NCBI GenBank assembly: GCA_040235515.1
Contig: JBECKX010000003.1
Span: forward strand, 1-31,599
Reading direction: 5' to 3'
DNA from: Candidatus Zixiibacteriota bacterium
Lineage (GTDB): Bacteria > Zixibacteria > MSB-5A5 > CAIYYT01
Length of the DNA: 31,599 nucleotides
Shown: in pieces, positions 7,946 through 16,264 of the stretch
How the letters are laid out: the number at the start of each line of letters is the position of its first letter
How positions within the stretch are numbered: position 1 is the stretch's first letter
The notes under the pieces: generated by a model
The model's input: only the letters and a program-made list of their open reading frames with translations
Database searches by the model: none
What the model was told of the DNA's origin: nothing
Translations under genes and position numbers: made by a program

Positions 7946-8773
7946 ATGAAAAATCCTTACTGCGGATTTGTCGCGGCAGCCGTACTGGCGGCAATGCTAT
8001 TATTCGCCCCGGCGGCCAACGCCACGATTCACGAGATCCATGTCGGCAACTTCTTCTTCACGCCGGCCAATACCGTTGTCACACAGGGAGATACGGTGCG
8101 CTGGATCCTGGATGCCGGCTTCCATTCGACGACGTCCGACCCCAGCTCACCGAAGACCTGGGATTCCGGCTCATCGAGCACGGTCGGGATCCTTTTCGAG
8201 TTGGAATTCACCCTGGCAGACCCGCCCGGCGACTATCCGTACCACTGTTCGGTTCACCCGGTCTCGATGCTCGACACTCTACACGTGGTAGCAGCGCCAG
8301 CCGCCGGCCCGGCGACAGCTTACGCCTTCACGCTCGATGAAGCTCAGGCGGATGCCTGCAGCGGCACCGGCAGTTTGGCGGTCGGTTCCGGCTCGGCGAT
8401 TCTCAGTGCCGACAGCAGCGAACTGGAAATCGTGATCATCCATGACGTATCTGATCCGATCGACGCCCACATCCACACGGGTGCGCCGTGTGTAAGTGGA
8501 AGTATTGCATATGGTTTCGCCAGTGCGACCAGCCCCATCATCGATACTGTACCGCTCACGAGTCAGATGCTCGCTGACCTGATTGCGGGCAATCTTTATG
8601 TCAACATCCACTCCAGCACTTTCACCGCCGGTGAAATCCGCGGTCAGATTGCCAATGTCGAGTGCGCATGTAACAGTGGAGATGCCGACGGAAGCGGCGC
8701 CATCTCGATCGGTGATGCGGTCTACCTGATCAATTTCATCTTCGGAGGCGGTCCGGCACCGGTCTGTCCTTAG
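7946..8773 (+). CDS. Secreted cupredoxin (type-1 copper) + CHRD domain + single dockerin-like repeat
   Basis: Signal peptide (ANA-T). Plastocyanin-like GDTVRW..FHSTT..YHCSVHPVSM gives His/Cys/His/Met ligands. CHRD motifs AHIH and LYVNIHS..GEIRGQI. C-terminal GDADGSGAISIGDAVYLINFIFGGGPAP. AGGAGG RBS. Confidence 0.9.
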   Translation: MKNPYCGFVAAAVLAAMLLFAPAANATIHEIHVGNFFFTPANTVVTQGDTVRWILDAGFHSTTSDPSSPKTWDSGSSSTVGILFELEFTLADPPGDYPYHCSVHPVSMLDTLHVVAAPAAGPATAYAFTLDEAQADACSGTGSLAVGSGSAILSADSSELEIVIIHDVSDPIDAHIHTGAPCVSGSIAYGFASATSPIIDTVPLTSQMLADLIAGNLYVNIHSSTFTAGEIRGQIANVECACNSGDADGSGAISIGDAVYLINFIFGGGPAPVCP

Positions 8774-8885
8774 CGGAGAAATAAAATCCGTTGAGTTTTC
8801 TCAATCGGGTCGGCTCTGCTTGGAGTCTACTGACTGAACCCACTACCTATTGATCTAACACTCTACTCTGAGAAGTGCCGCGGAG

Positions 8886-8918
8886 ACGGGCGTGGATATC
8901 CACGCCCGTTTTCTATTT
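8886..8918 (+). terminator. Rho-independent terminator
   Basis: Perfect 24-bp palindrome ACGGGCGTGGAT/ATCCACGCCCGT followed by TTTCTATTT. Confidence 0.8.
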
Positions 8919-9200
8919 CTATCTCGTTCGATGATCACATTCTCGCGGTTGTGGCTGAGCGGTTGCGGTGCCAGCCAGGCCCGTCCCCAAAGTTGTTGTT
9001 GACTCTGACCGGTGCGGCCACTTGATTTCCCGATGGTCAATAGCGCCCGGAGCAATCCCATGGCACCTAAAGCACTATTGATTATTGTAAGGAAACAAAT
9101 GGGAAAACAAGCCACCGGGACTTCGTGCTGAACCTTGCAGGTTCGCCAGAAGCAATGCATGCTGTTCGTAGGCGATTTCCCGCTGGGAGGAGTAGAGAAA

Positions 9201-9809
9201 ATGGCCTGTATGACTCAGACGACCAGTAGGGTCCTCAGTCTGATCTGTGTTTTGCTCGCAGCGATGCTGCTGGGGGGGTGTTCTTCACCGCCTGATCAAG
9301 AGATGCAAAGCGCACAAGACGCCGTCTCCCAGGCCCGCGAGATGGGCGCCGAGGAATATGTGCCTGAACAATTCCGCGCTCTCGCTGACAGCTTGAACGC
9401 CGCGATGGCGGAAAAGCAAGAGCAGGATGAGAAATTCGCGTTGTTCCGCAGCTATGGCGACGCCAAGATGAAGTTCGAGAAGGTTCAGCAGATGGCCGGG
9501 GAAGTCAACAAGAAGGCTGACGCGCAGCGGGAGATGGTCAAACAGGAAGTGATGGCCATGGTTGACAACGTCGGACAGATGGTCGAGCAGGCCAAGACCG
9601 CGCTGAGCAAAGCCCCCAAGGGGAAAGACAACAAGGCCGAACTGGAGTTGATCAAGAACGAACTCAATGGCCTGGCTGCAAGTTATGAGGAAGCACGCGC
9701 TGACATCGAGAATGGTGAGTTCGGTTCGGCCAAAGCCAAACTTGACTCAGTCCTGGAAGGCACTCAGCGTATAATAGATGAGATAACGGCGGCGCGCGGC
9801 GGACGTTAG
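9201..9809 (+). CDS. Alpha-helical lipoprotein (DUF4398-like)
   Basis: ATG 9201 follows GGAGGAG and is preferred over the listed TTG 9135. Lipobox LGG-C. Helical, coiled-coil-like composition. N-terminal domain resembles that of the next gene. Confidence 0.8.
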   Translation: MACMTQTTSRVLSLICVLLAAMLLGGCSSPPDQEMQSAQDAVSQAREMGAEEYVPEQFRALADSLNAAMAEKQEQDEKFALFRSYGDAKMKFEKVQQMAGEVNKKADAQREMVKQEVMAMVDNVGQMVEQAKTALSKAPKGKDNKAELELIKNELNGLAASYEEARADIENGEFGSAKAKLDSVLEGTQRIIDEITAARGGR

Positions 9810-9906
9810 TCAACGCCATTACTCTTTACCTTGATCTGCAGGACGAATAGATAGCAGACTCGGGTAATCGAGCGAACTCGATTTCCGTGATCTGACCGGA
9901 TCGACC

Positions 9907-9945
9907 AGGGGAGCCGCCCGAAATCGTTGTGCGGCTCCCTTGTTC
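9907..9945 (+). terminator. Intra-operon GC-rich hairpin (partial terminator or stability element)
   Basis: GGGAGCCGC / GCGGCTCCC 9-bp stem followed by a weak TTGTT tail, about 20 nt before the next start. Confidence 0.45.
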
Positions 9946-9962
9946 ATTGGAGTTACTTCAGA

Positions 9963-11063
9963 ATGAAGCCGAGATTTCGCAACTACCTTTACCGGGGCGT
10001 ACGGTACGCTCTCGGGGTCCTCGTGGGCGGAGGTATCCTCACCCTAACCTCGTGTGCAGAACCGCCGACGCAAAGTCTGGAGTCAGCGCGCGCCTCGCTT
10101 GAGGAGGCGGCTCTATCGGGGGCATTGGACTACGCCGAGCCGAGTTATCGTGCTGCAGAAGCGCTGTTGCGCTCCGGCTGGTTGGAGATGGCTCGCCAGA
10201 ACGGGCGGATCTTCGCATTCCGGAACTACCAGGATGCTGATTCGCTGCTCGCGCTCGCGCGAGAGTGGGCCGAAAAGGCAGCGCGGCAGGCCTCCGATAG
10301 CCTTGCGACCTTGCAGGGTGGGGTCGGGAGCGTTATCCCGCTGGTGGAACAGCAACTGGAGCAGTGGGAGAGTGCGCTCGAGGGCTCCCTCGTTTACTAC
10401 GAGGCGAAAGACGACTGGCAAAGCGCGCATCTGCAGCTTGATATTGCCCGCCGACTCACCGATCGGGAAGAGTACGAGGAGGCATTTCGTGCGGTGCAGC
10501 GGGCGCGAGCACATATCGAACATATCTCGGAGCTGGTAGACAACCATGCGGCCGATGAATCTCGCCAATTGAAGGTCTGGCGTGACTGGGTAAATCAGAC
10601 AGTAAAGGAGTCACGCAGGAAAGGAACCTACGCCGTCGTCGTGGACAAAACCGCGCACAAGACGTACCTCCTGAAGGATGGCAAACTGAAGAAGAGCTAC
10701 AACTCCGAGCTGGGGTATAACTCGGCGCGTCAAAAACTCTTCTCGGGTGATGCCGCGACCCCGGAAGGGAGATACAGAGTAGTCAGGGAGAGACACAAGG
10801 GAAGTCAGTTTTATAAGGCGTTGCTGCTTGACTACCCGAATGATGAGGACCGGCAACGGTTTGCTCACAACAAGCAGAATGGTATTATCTCGCAGCGTGC
10901 CAAAATTGGGGGATTGATCGAGATACATGGGGAGGGCGGCAAGAACCGTGACTGGACCGAGGGGTGTGTGGCGCTGACGAACAGCGATATGGACGATCTG
11001 ATGAAGTATGTTTCAGAGGGTACTCCGGTCACGATCGTAAGGAAATCAGACCAATGGCCGTAA
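9963..11063 (+). CDS. Lipoprotein L,D-transpeptidase-family (YkuD) protein with N-terminal helical domain
   Basis: ATG 9963 after GGAG. Lipobox LTS-C. YkuD motifs VVVDK, GDAATPEGRY, LLLDYPN and catalytic IEIHG...WTEGCVAL. Confidence 0.9.
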   Translation: MKPRFRNYLYRGVRYALGVLVGGGILTLTSCAEPPTQSLESARASLEEAALSGALDYAEPSYRAAEALLRSGWLEMARQNGRIFAFRNYQDADSLLALAREWAEKAARQASDSLATLQGGVGSVIPLVEQQLEQWESALEGSLVYYEAKDDWQSAHLQLDIARRLTDREEYEEAFRAVQRARAHIEHISELVDNHAADESRQLKVWRDWVNQTVKESRRKGTYAVVVDKTAHKTYLLKDGKLKKSYNSELGYNSARQKLFSGDAATPEGRYRVVRERHKGSQFYKALLLDYPNDEDRQRFAHNKQNGIISQRAKIGGLIEIHGEGGKNRDWTEGCVALTNSDMDDLMKYVSEGTPVTIVRKSDQWP

Positions 11064-11707
11064 ATCGAATTGCAAGACTGGTGCTGTTGCCAACGCTCTC
11101 GATCCTGGCGGTTGTACTCTTTATGCTCGCCATTACGCGGGAGCGTTCGATGGTGACGACCGACGGTGTCGATCTCGACACCCTCACGGCGAATCTGCCG
11201 CCGGAGCGCGCCAGGGCGGTGGAGGCCCTGCGCAAGGCGCGTGGTGAACTGGCCGCGATGGTGCCGAAAAAGCCATACATCGTGATCGATACCCATGCGA
11301 ATCGGATCTACCTGCGGACCGAAGATAAGATATTACTGGAAGCTACCTGTTCGACCGGCTCCGGTTCGGAGTTAGTCGATCCCGAAACCGGTAAGAAGTG
11401 GCTGTTCGACACGCCGCGCGGCGTCTTTCAAATCAAGAACAAGCTGAAGGAGCCATGGTGGCGGAAGCCCGATTGGGCGTTTATCGAGGAGCAGGAGCCA
11501 ATCCCCGAAAGCAACGCTGACCGGATGGACCCGAACGTGATGGGTGACTACGCGATGGGGTTCGGGGATGGCTATTTCATCCATGGGACAATCTACGAAC
11601 GACTTCTGGGAGTAAACGTCACGCATGGTTGTGTCCGTCTGGGGAGTGAGGATCTGGGAAAATTCTATGATCGAACTCCGATAGGGACCTATGTATATAT
11701 ATTCTAA
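11054..11707 (+). CDS. L,D-transpeptidase (YkuD/ErfK family), N-terminally anchored
   Basis: ATG 11054 overlaps the previous gene end. N-terminal hydrophobic helix. Motifs YIVID, CSTG, TPRGVF and YFIHGT..THGCVRL (catalytic His/Cys). Confidence 0.93.
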   Translation: MAVNRIARLVLLPTLSILAVVLFMLAITRERSMVTTDGVDLDTLTANLPPERARAVEALRKARGELAAMVPKKPYIVIDTHANRIYLRTEDKILLEATCSTGSGSELVDPETGKKWLFDTPRGVFQIKNKLKEPWWRKPDWAFIEEQEPIPESNADRMDPNVMGDYAMGFGDGYFIHGTIYERLLGVNVTHGCVRLGSEDLGKFYDRTPIGTYVYIF

Positions 11708-12470
11708 GTACCGGAAGAAGTCGAAGCGCCGCCTGGGCCGTTATATCGTGGCTCTGATCCTGCTGCTGCTTGTAGCGGCGACTTTTGCCCTGGTACCTGT
11801 TCTCCGGCACAAGGATTCTCCCCGGAGTGCGGCCGTGGAACAAACGAGCGGGTCGAAGTCATCCGCCAAGACCCCGCCGAAGGTTGAGTTTGCCGATCAT
11901 GAAGCGCAACTGGAATATAAGCTCCTGCGAACCGAACTGAAGCTGGCGGAGGAGGACAAACCATACTTCGTCCTCGACTTTCGCGGTCACAAGCTGGAAC
12001 TCAAGCTGAAGGGTGCCGATGTCTGGGATTATCCACTCGAAATCCCGGCGATTGACTCTGAGCAACTGGAACGCTTCGTTTTCTATTTTCGCGGTGACAA
12101 CGGCAAACTGGTGCGGCCGTTGCTGGAGAAGCATCTCTTTGCAGCGCAGGATCAGACCCCCGACTCGATCCTGGCGGTAATCAGTGAGGCGACCAAGTTT
12201 GATCCGGAACTGCTTCAGCGTGAATTACCGGCGCGCTTTCAGCTCCACTGGCAGCCGGGCCTCGTGCTGGATGTCATCACCGATATCAAGGGGGAACCGA
12301 AGTCCCGCCTGGCAAATACTTTCATGGGAATAAAACATACCTTGACACACCCCTTTGGATTAACCTCAATTGTAATACATATGCCGAGTGAGAGGGCTCT
12401 GACCCTGTATCGAGCCGCCATCCCCGGATTACCAACACTGATAGTGCCACCTATGACTGAAGGCGCCTAG
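11691..12470 (+). CDS. Membrane-anchored hypothetical protein, probable degenerate (Cys-less) L,D-transpeptidase-like fold
   Basis: Basic N-terminus plus TM helix. KPYFVLDFRGHKLELKLKG parallels KPYIVIDTHANRIYLRTED of the upstream gene. The C-terminus parallels the YkuD end. The protein contains no Cys. Confidence 0.7.
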   Translation: MYIYSKYRKKSKRRLGRYIVALILLLLVAATFALVPVLRHKDSPRSAAVEQTSGSKSSAKTPPKVEFADHEAQLEYKLLRTELKLAEEDKPYFVLDFRGHKLELKLKGADVWDYPLEIPAIDSEQLERFVFYFRGDNGKLVRPLLEKHLFAAQDQTPDSILAVISEATKFDPELLQRELPARFQLHWQPGLVLDVITDIKGEPKSRLANTFMGIKHTLTHPFGLTSIVIHMPSERALTLYRAAIPGLPTLIVPPMTEGA

Positions 12471-12478
12471 AGTACCTT

Positions 12479-13156
12479 ATGCCAAACAACCGCAATCACT
12501 CCACGGGGACCGCGTTAGGGAACGTGGAGCCCCCCAGTAGGGACGCTGCGAGGAGATACATCGCTCGCCTGAAAACAGGCAACGGGTATGTTAATCTTTG
12601 CGGCAACTACAACTATCTCGAGCATGGCTACTACGCTTCGCAGGAACTCGAGATGAGCGGCGAGAGGGTCGCTCCCACCTGCAAGCAGATGCTCGATGCC
12701 TACATTACACCGTTGATGCTGCAGAAAGCGCGCGAGTCGGGAATCAGAGTGCCGGATCATTACATCACGAACGGCTACTTCGAACCGCCGGCGATCGTCG
12801 ACACCATCAACCCGTTCATGTATCGACACAGCCTCGTGTTGAAGCAGGGGCATGTCGACAGGGTCGCTCGCTCACTGACCCGCAACTTCAAGTATGCCAT
12901 CTGTTGCCAGGAGATTCCGGTCGATGCCAAGGTCGGTTTCTTCCGACAGGTGCTGGGATCAACGCAGGTGGCGAAGTATCGGGACGTGGCACAGGCGATC
13001 TGGAGCCGGCTGCATATCCCGCTTGCGGAAGCACGAATCGTCACGCTCGCTTCGGGCGAAATCTTGCTGAGCGATCTGTCACCACTGCCGTATCACAAGC
13101 TCAATGCACGTGAGCGCCAGCAAATCGAAGAGCAGGTGGATGAATGGCTGACATAG
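12479..13156 (+). CDS. RimK-like ATP-grasp N-terminal (RLAN) domain protein
   Basis: YVNLCGNYNYLEHGYYASQELEMSGERVAPT matches the RLAN signature (VxNLC..Y.YLxxGYYxS...ExxG..VxP), followed by a degenerate ATP-grasp-like segment. Confidence 0.8.
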   Translation: MPNNRNHSTGTALGNVEPPSRDAARRYIARLKTGNGYVNLCGNYNYLEHGYYASQELEMSGERVAPTCKQMLDAYITPLMLQKARESGIRVPDHYITNGYFEPPAIVDTINPFMYRHSLVLKQGHVDRVARSLTRNFKYAICCQEIPVDAKVGFFRQVLGSTQVAKYRDVAQAIWSRLHIPLAEARIVTLASGEILLSDLSPLPYHKLNARERQQIEEQVDEWLT

Positions 13157-14028
13157 GCGTATTCGTCGAGCGCTACACTATCAACAGTTCGGAGCAGATG
13201 GGGGCATTGATGCGACTCGGGCAGGTTGCACATCGCCTCGGACATCGGCTTGATTTCCTGTTCCGCTCCGATATGTACAAGATCCCCGACTATGATGCGA
13301 TATTCATTCGTGCCCTCACCGACCCGCTCAATTCAGCCTACATCGCCGCGCGCATCGCCGAGATGAACGGCATCAGGGTCATCGATGATCCGAACTCGAT
13401 TTTCATCTGCTGCGATAAGGTCAACATGTACTCGCACCTGCAGCGGGCGGGCGTTCCGATTCCGCAGACGGTGATCCTCAAAGAGAGTGACTTGAATCCC
13501 AGGCGGGCCGAGGAAGTGTTTCAGGAACTGGGTAACCCGATTGTTCTCAAAGCTCCGAACTCCAGCTTTTCGATGTATGTCGAGAAAGTCTCGAGCCCCG
13601 AGGATTTCGTCAAAGTTGGAAATCGTTTCCTGCGGCGCGCAGATCGGATTGTGGCGCAGCGATTCGTGCAATCACAGTTTGATTGGCGCGTCGGCGTGCT
13701 TGCCGGTGAGCCACTCTACGTCTGCCAGTACGTGATCCCCAAGCGCCGCTGGAAGATTATGACCTACACCGAGGGTGGACGAGCGATCGCGGGTGCGGTC
13801 AAGGGCTTCCGAATCGAGGAAGCTGACCCGAAATTGCTGCAGCGTGCGAAGGAAGCCTCGGCGGCGATCGGAAATGGCCTCTATGGCGTTGACCTCAAAC
13901 AACTCGGAGATGATTACGTGACCATCGAAGTCAATGACAATCCAACGATGTCGGAGCGTGAAGAGGACCAGGAAGCTCCCGAGTTGTACGAGCGCTTGAT
14001 CCGCTACCTGGCGGGGGAGTGGGGTTAG
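13144..14028 (+). CDS. RimK-family ATP-grasp peptide/amino-acid ligase
   Basis: ATP-grasp motifs CCDKVNM, PIVLKAPNSSFSMYVEKV, QRFV..FDWRVGVL, GLYGVDLK and IEVNDNP. Confidence 0.92.
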   Translation: MADIGVFVERYTINSSEQMGALMRLGQVAHRLGHRLDFLFRSDMYKIPDYDAIFIRALTDPLNSAYIAARIAEMNGIRVIDDPNSIFICCDKVNMYSHLQRAGVPIPQTVILKESDLNPRRAEEVFQELGNPIVLKAPNSSFSMYVEKVSSPEDFVKVGNRFLRRADRIVAQRFVQSQFDWRVGVLAGEPLYVCQYVIPKRRWKIMTYTEGGRAIAGAVKGFRIEEADPKLLQRAKEASAAIGNGLYGVDLKQLGDDYVTIEVNDNPTMSEREEDQEAPELYERLIRYLAGEWG

Positions 14029-14486
14029 TGGAGGAAAGCTCACCGAAGTTGCGCGGTGCCCGGACGGATGATCTCGCTGGCCTGCTCCGCCTCGAAGAAC
14101 GAACCTTTTCCTCGGATCGTTTCACGCGTGATCAGTTTCGTCACCTGCTGACACGCGCCAACGCGACTGCTCTGGTTGTCACCGTCGCCGGTTCGATCGT
14201 GGCAAACGCATTCATGCTCTGGCGGTCAAACAGCAAGAAGGGGCACCTTTACACTATCGCTGTTGATCCCGATTTTCACGGAAAAGGGATCGGTAAACAA
14301 CTCCTGCTGGCTTGTGAGGCCGAAGCCCGCAAACGCGGCTGCGATCAGATTATCCTTGAAGTACGTCAGGACAACACCGGCGCTATCGCCCTCTATCAAA
14401 AGCATGGTTATCAAGTTACCGGTGTGATGAAACATTACTACGAAGATAACAGCGACGCATACAAGATGACCAGGTCGCTCGCCTAA
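14028..14486 (+). CDS. RimI-like GNAT N-acetyltransferase
   Basis: Acetyl-CoA motif LYTIAVDPDFHGKGIG, then LEVRQDNTGAIALYQKHGY and HYYEDNSDAYKM. GTG 14028 (TAGTG overlap, GGGGAG RBS); GTG 14019 is the alternative start. Confidence 0.9.
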   Translation: MEESSPKLRGARTDDLAGLLRLEERTFSSDRFTRDQFRHLLTRANATALVVTVAGSIVANAFMLWRSNSKKGHLYTIAVDPDFHGKGIGKQLLLACEAEARKRGCDQIILEVRQDNTGAIALYQKHGYQVTGVMKHYYEDNSDAYKMTRSLA

Positions 14487-14502
14487 CCGATCCAATCAAC
14501 CG

Positions 14503-16200
14503 TCACCTGACACGAACCGCTTCGCTGCGACGCCCGCCCTGGTCAAGAATCAGTTTCTCAGCCACGTCATTGCTGCCCTGCACAAACTCCACAGCCGCAT
14601 CGGCAACCTTGAGGAAGAAGCGCGTCTCTGACTCGGGGAACACCTCAAGCTTCGATTGACCGGTGGCCTGCACGAAAAGATGGTCACCCTCCCGCGTGAC
14701 TTCGATAAAGATGCCGGCATTGAGCTGATAGGTGCCGACGTAACGCGCGTATATCTGCGGATCCACAGCAGAGAGGCGCGGGTCCAGAGCCGCGATGCGG
14801 CGTGCTTCCTCGGGCGATATCTTCTTCGCAAAACTGTCCTGTCCATTTTGGTGTATCCGCTGCGATACGACGTTGTTGTTCTCATCCCGGTCGAATTTCA
14901 GCGTCGACGAATTGTCGTGAGAATAGAAGAAGAAATCCGGCGACTCCGGTTCGATCGGCAGTGTTGGCCCTCCATCTCGCTGGGTCATCAGTTGTCCTTC
15001 ACGCAGCATCACTTCGCGCACCGAGGTGTCATTTACCTGGTAATATCCCACATACTCACTCAGTCTGCTGCTCTCCAGTTTCACCGCAGCACGCTTTACC
15101 GGAATGTCGTAGGGTTTGTCAAAGAGGATCGCGGCCATCGTCAACATCATCTGACTGGTGGATGTGACATCGCTGTTGGACAGTATCGTAATGAAGATAT
15201 CATCGTCAGGGAAGCGCGCGATGATCGACGCAAAGCCGTCAATTCCTCCCGTGTGCTGTTGTGTGTAGTGACCCATCAACGAGTCGACACTCCAGCCACA
15301 GGCATAGCCGCTGAGCACGGGAGTAAACATCTTCACCTTGACCGCGGTATCGAGGATCGCATCAGCATCAAGCGCCTTACTCCAGCGGTAGAGGTCGCTG
15401 GTCGTGCTGTAGAGCGCACCGGCAGCCCCGGGGACTGACGCGACGACTTCAACGGCGGCGACTTGATCCCCGACTTGATTGCGGGTGTAGCCAACGGCAC
15501 GTCCTGCTGCCGGGCTGGAGTAGAACCCATATCCGGTGTTGGTCATCCCTGCCTTATCGAGGATGCGATTCTGAACCAGATCATGCCAGGTTTCGCCACT
15601 CGCTTCGCTGATCACCGCTTCGAGGATCTTGTAGTTGGAGTTGCTGTAGCTGTATTGCGAGCCGGGCTCGAATTGCAGCGGTAGCGTCATGATCGAGTTG
15701 AGTATGAAGCTCAGTGGTTTATCCTGCGTGCGCAACTCCAGGTAGTTCGGCAGGCTGGTAAAATCGGCGATCCCGGAGGTATGACTCAGTAACATATGGA
15801 TTGTCACTTCACTGGCAGCGGGGTCGGGATAGTCGGGCAGGTACTTGCCGATTGGATCTGCCAGCGAGAGTTTCCCTTCCTGCTCCAGCAGCAGGACGAC
15901 CGCCGCAGTGAATTGCTTTGTCACAGAGCCGATCAGATAGCGTGTATCAGGTTCGTTCTTTACCTGGTGCTCGACATCCGCAAAACCATAACCTTTGTGA
16001 ACGAGAGTCTCTCCGGCTCTGGCGACGAGCACCGAGCCGTGGAACTGATTCACTGACGCGGCGGCATCGAGGTATTCATTCAATTTCTGTTGCAGATCGG
16101 CGCCGCACAACGGGGAGCAGGCTGCAAGCACGAGAATCTGCAGTACAACCACCGCGAAGCGACTTGCGGTTTGATGCGTGGGCTTACTATTCACAATCAT
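14503..16200 (-). CDS. Exported serine hydrolase, beta-lactamase/AmpC-like (S12) family, with two C-terminal DUF3471-like domains
   Basis: SxxK (GSVTK), LLSHTSG, YxN (YSYSNSNY) and HTGG. Duplicated YVGxYQ...PES..FF domain. N-terminal export signal. Confidence 0.92.
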   Translation of the reverse strand: MIVNSKPTHQTASRFAVVVLQILVLAACSPLCGADLQQKLNEYLDAAASVNQFHGSVLVARAGETLVHKGYGFADVEHQVKNEPDTRYLIGSVTKQFTAAVVLLLEQEGKLSLADPIGKYLPDYPDPAASEVTIHMLLSHTSGIADFTSLPNYLELRTQDKPLSFILNSIMTLPLQFEPGSQYSYSNSNYKILEAVISEASGETWHDLVQNRILDKAGMTNTGYGFYSSPAAGRAVGYTRNQVGDQVAAVEVVASVPGAAGALYSTTSDLYRWSKALDADAILDTAVKVKMFTPVLSGYACGWSVDSLMGHYTQQHTGGIDGFASIIARFPDDDIFITILSNSDVTSTSQMMLTMAAILFDKPYDIPVKRAAVKLESSRLSEYVGYYQVNDTSVREVMLREGQLMTQRDGGPTLPIEPESPDFFFYSHDNSSTLKFDRDENNNVVSQRIHQNGQDSFAKKISPEEARRIAALDPRLSAVDPQIYARYVGTYQLNAGIFIEVTREGDHLFVQATGQSKLEVFPESETRFFLKVADAAVEFVQGSNDVAEKLILDQGGRRSEAVRVR

Positions 16201-16226
16201 GATTTCACTCCAAAAACTTAATCTTG

Positions 16227-16264
16227 ACTTAGGGTTACAATGAGCTACTCATTGGTAACCAAGT
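16227..16264. promoter_or_regulatory. Imperfect palindrome (candidate operator) between the divergent hydrolase and ZIP genes
   Basis: GGTTAC-AATGAG-cta-CTCATT-g-GTAACC flanked by ACTT/AAGT. Overlaps a possible + strand promoter TTGACT-N16-TACTCA (16224-16251). Confidence 0.45.

Noticed and set aside
9061..9075. TGGCAC...GC as a sigma54 promoter for the LDT operon
   Set aside because: GG and GC are 8 nt apart; sigma54 needs 10.
14656..15438. 260-aa + strand ORF (and similar shadow ORFs at 759-1445, 25296-25973 and 30752-31366)
   Set aside because: Antisense to clearly identified genes, with no independent support.
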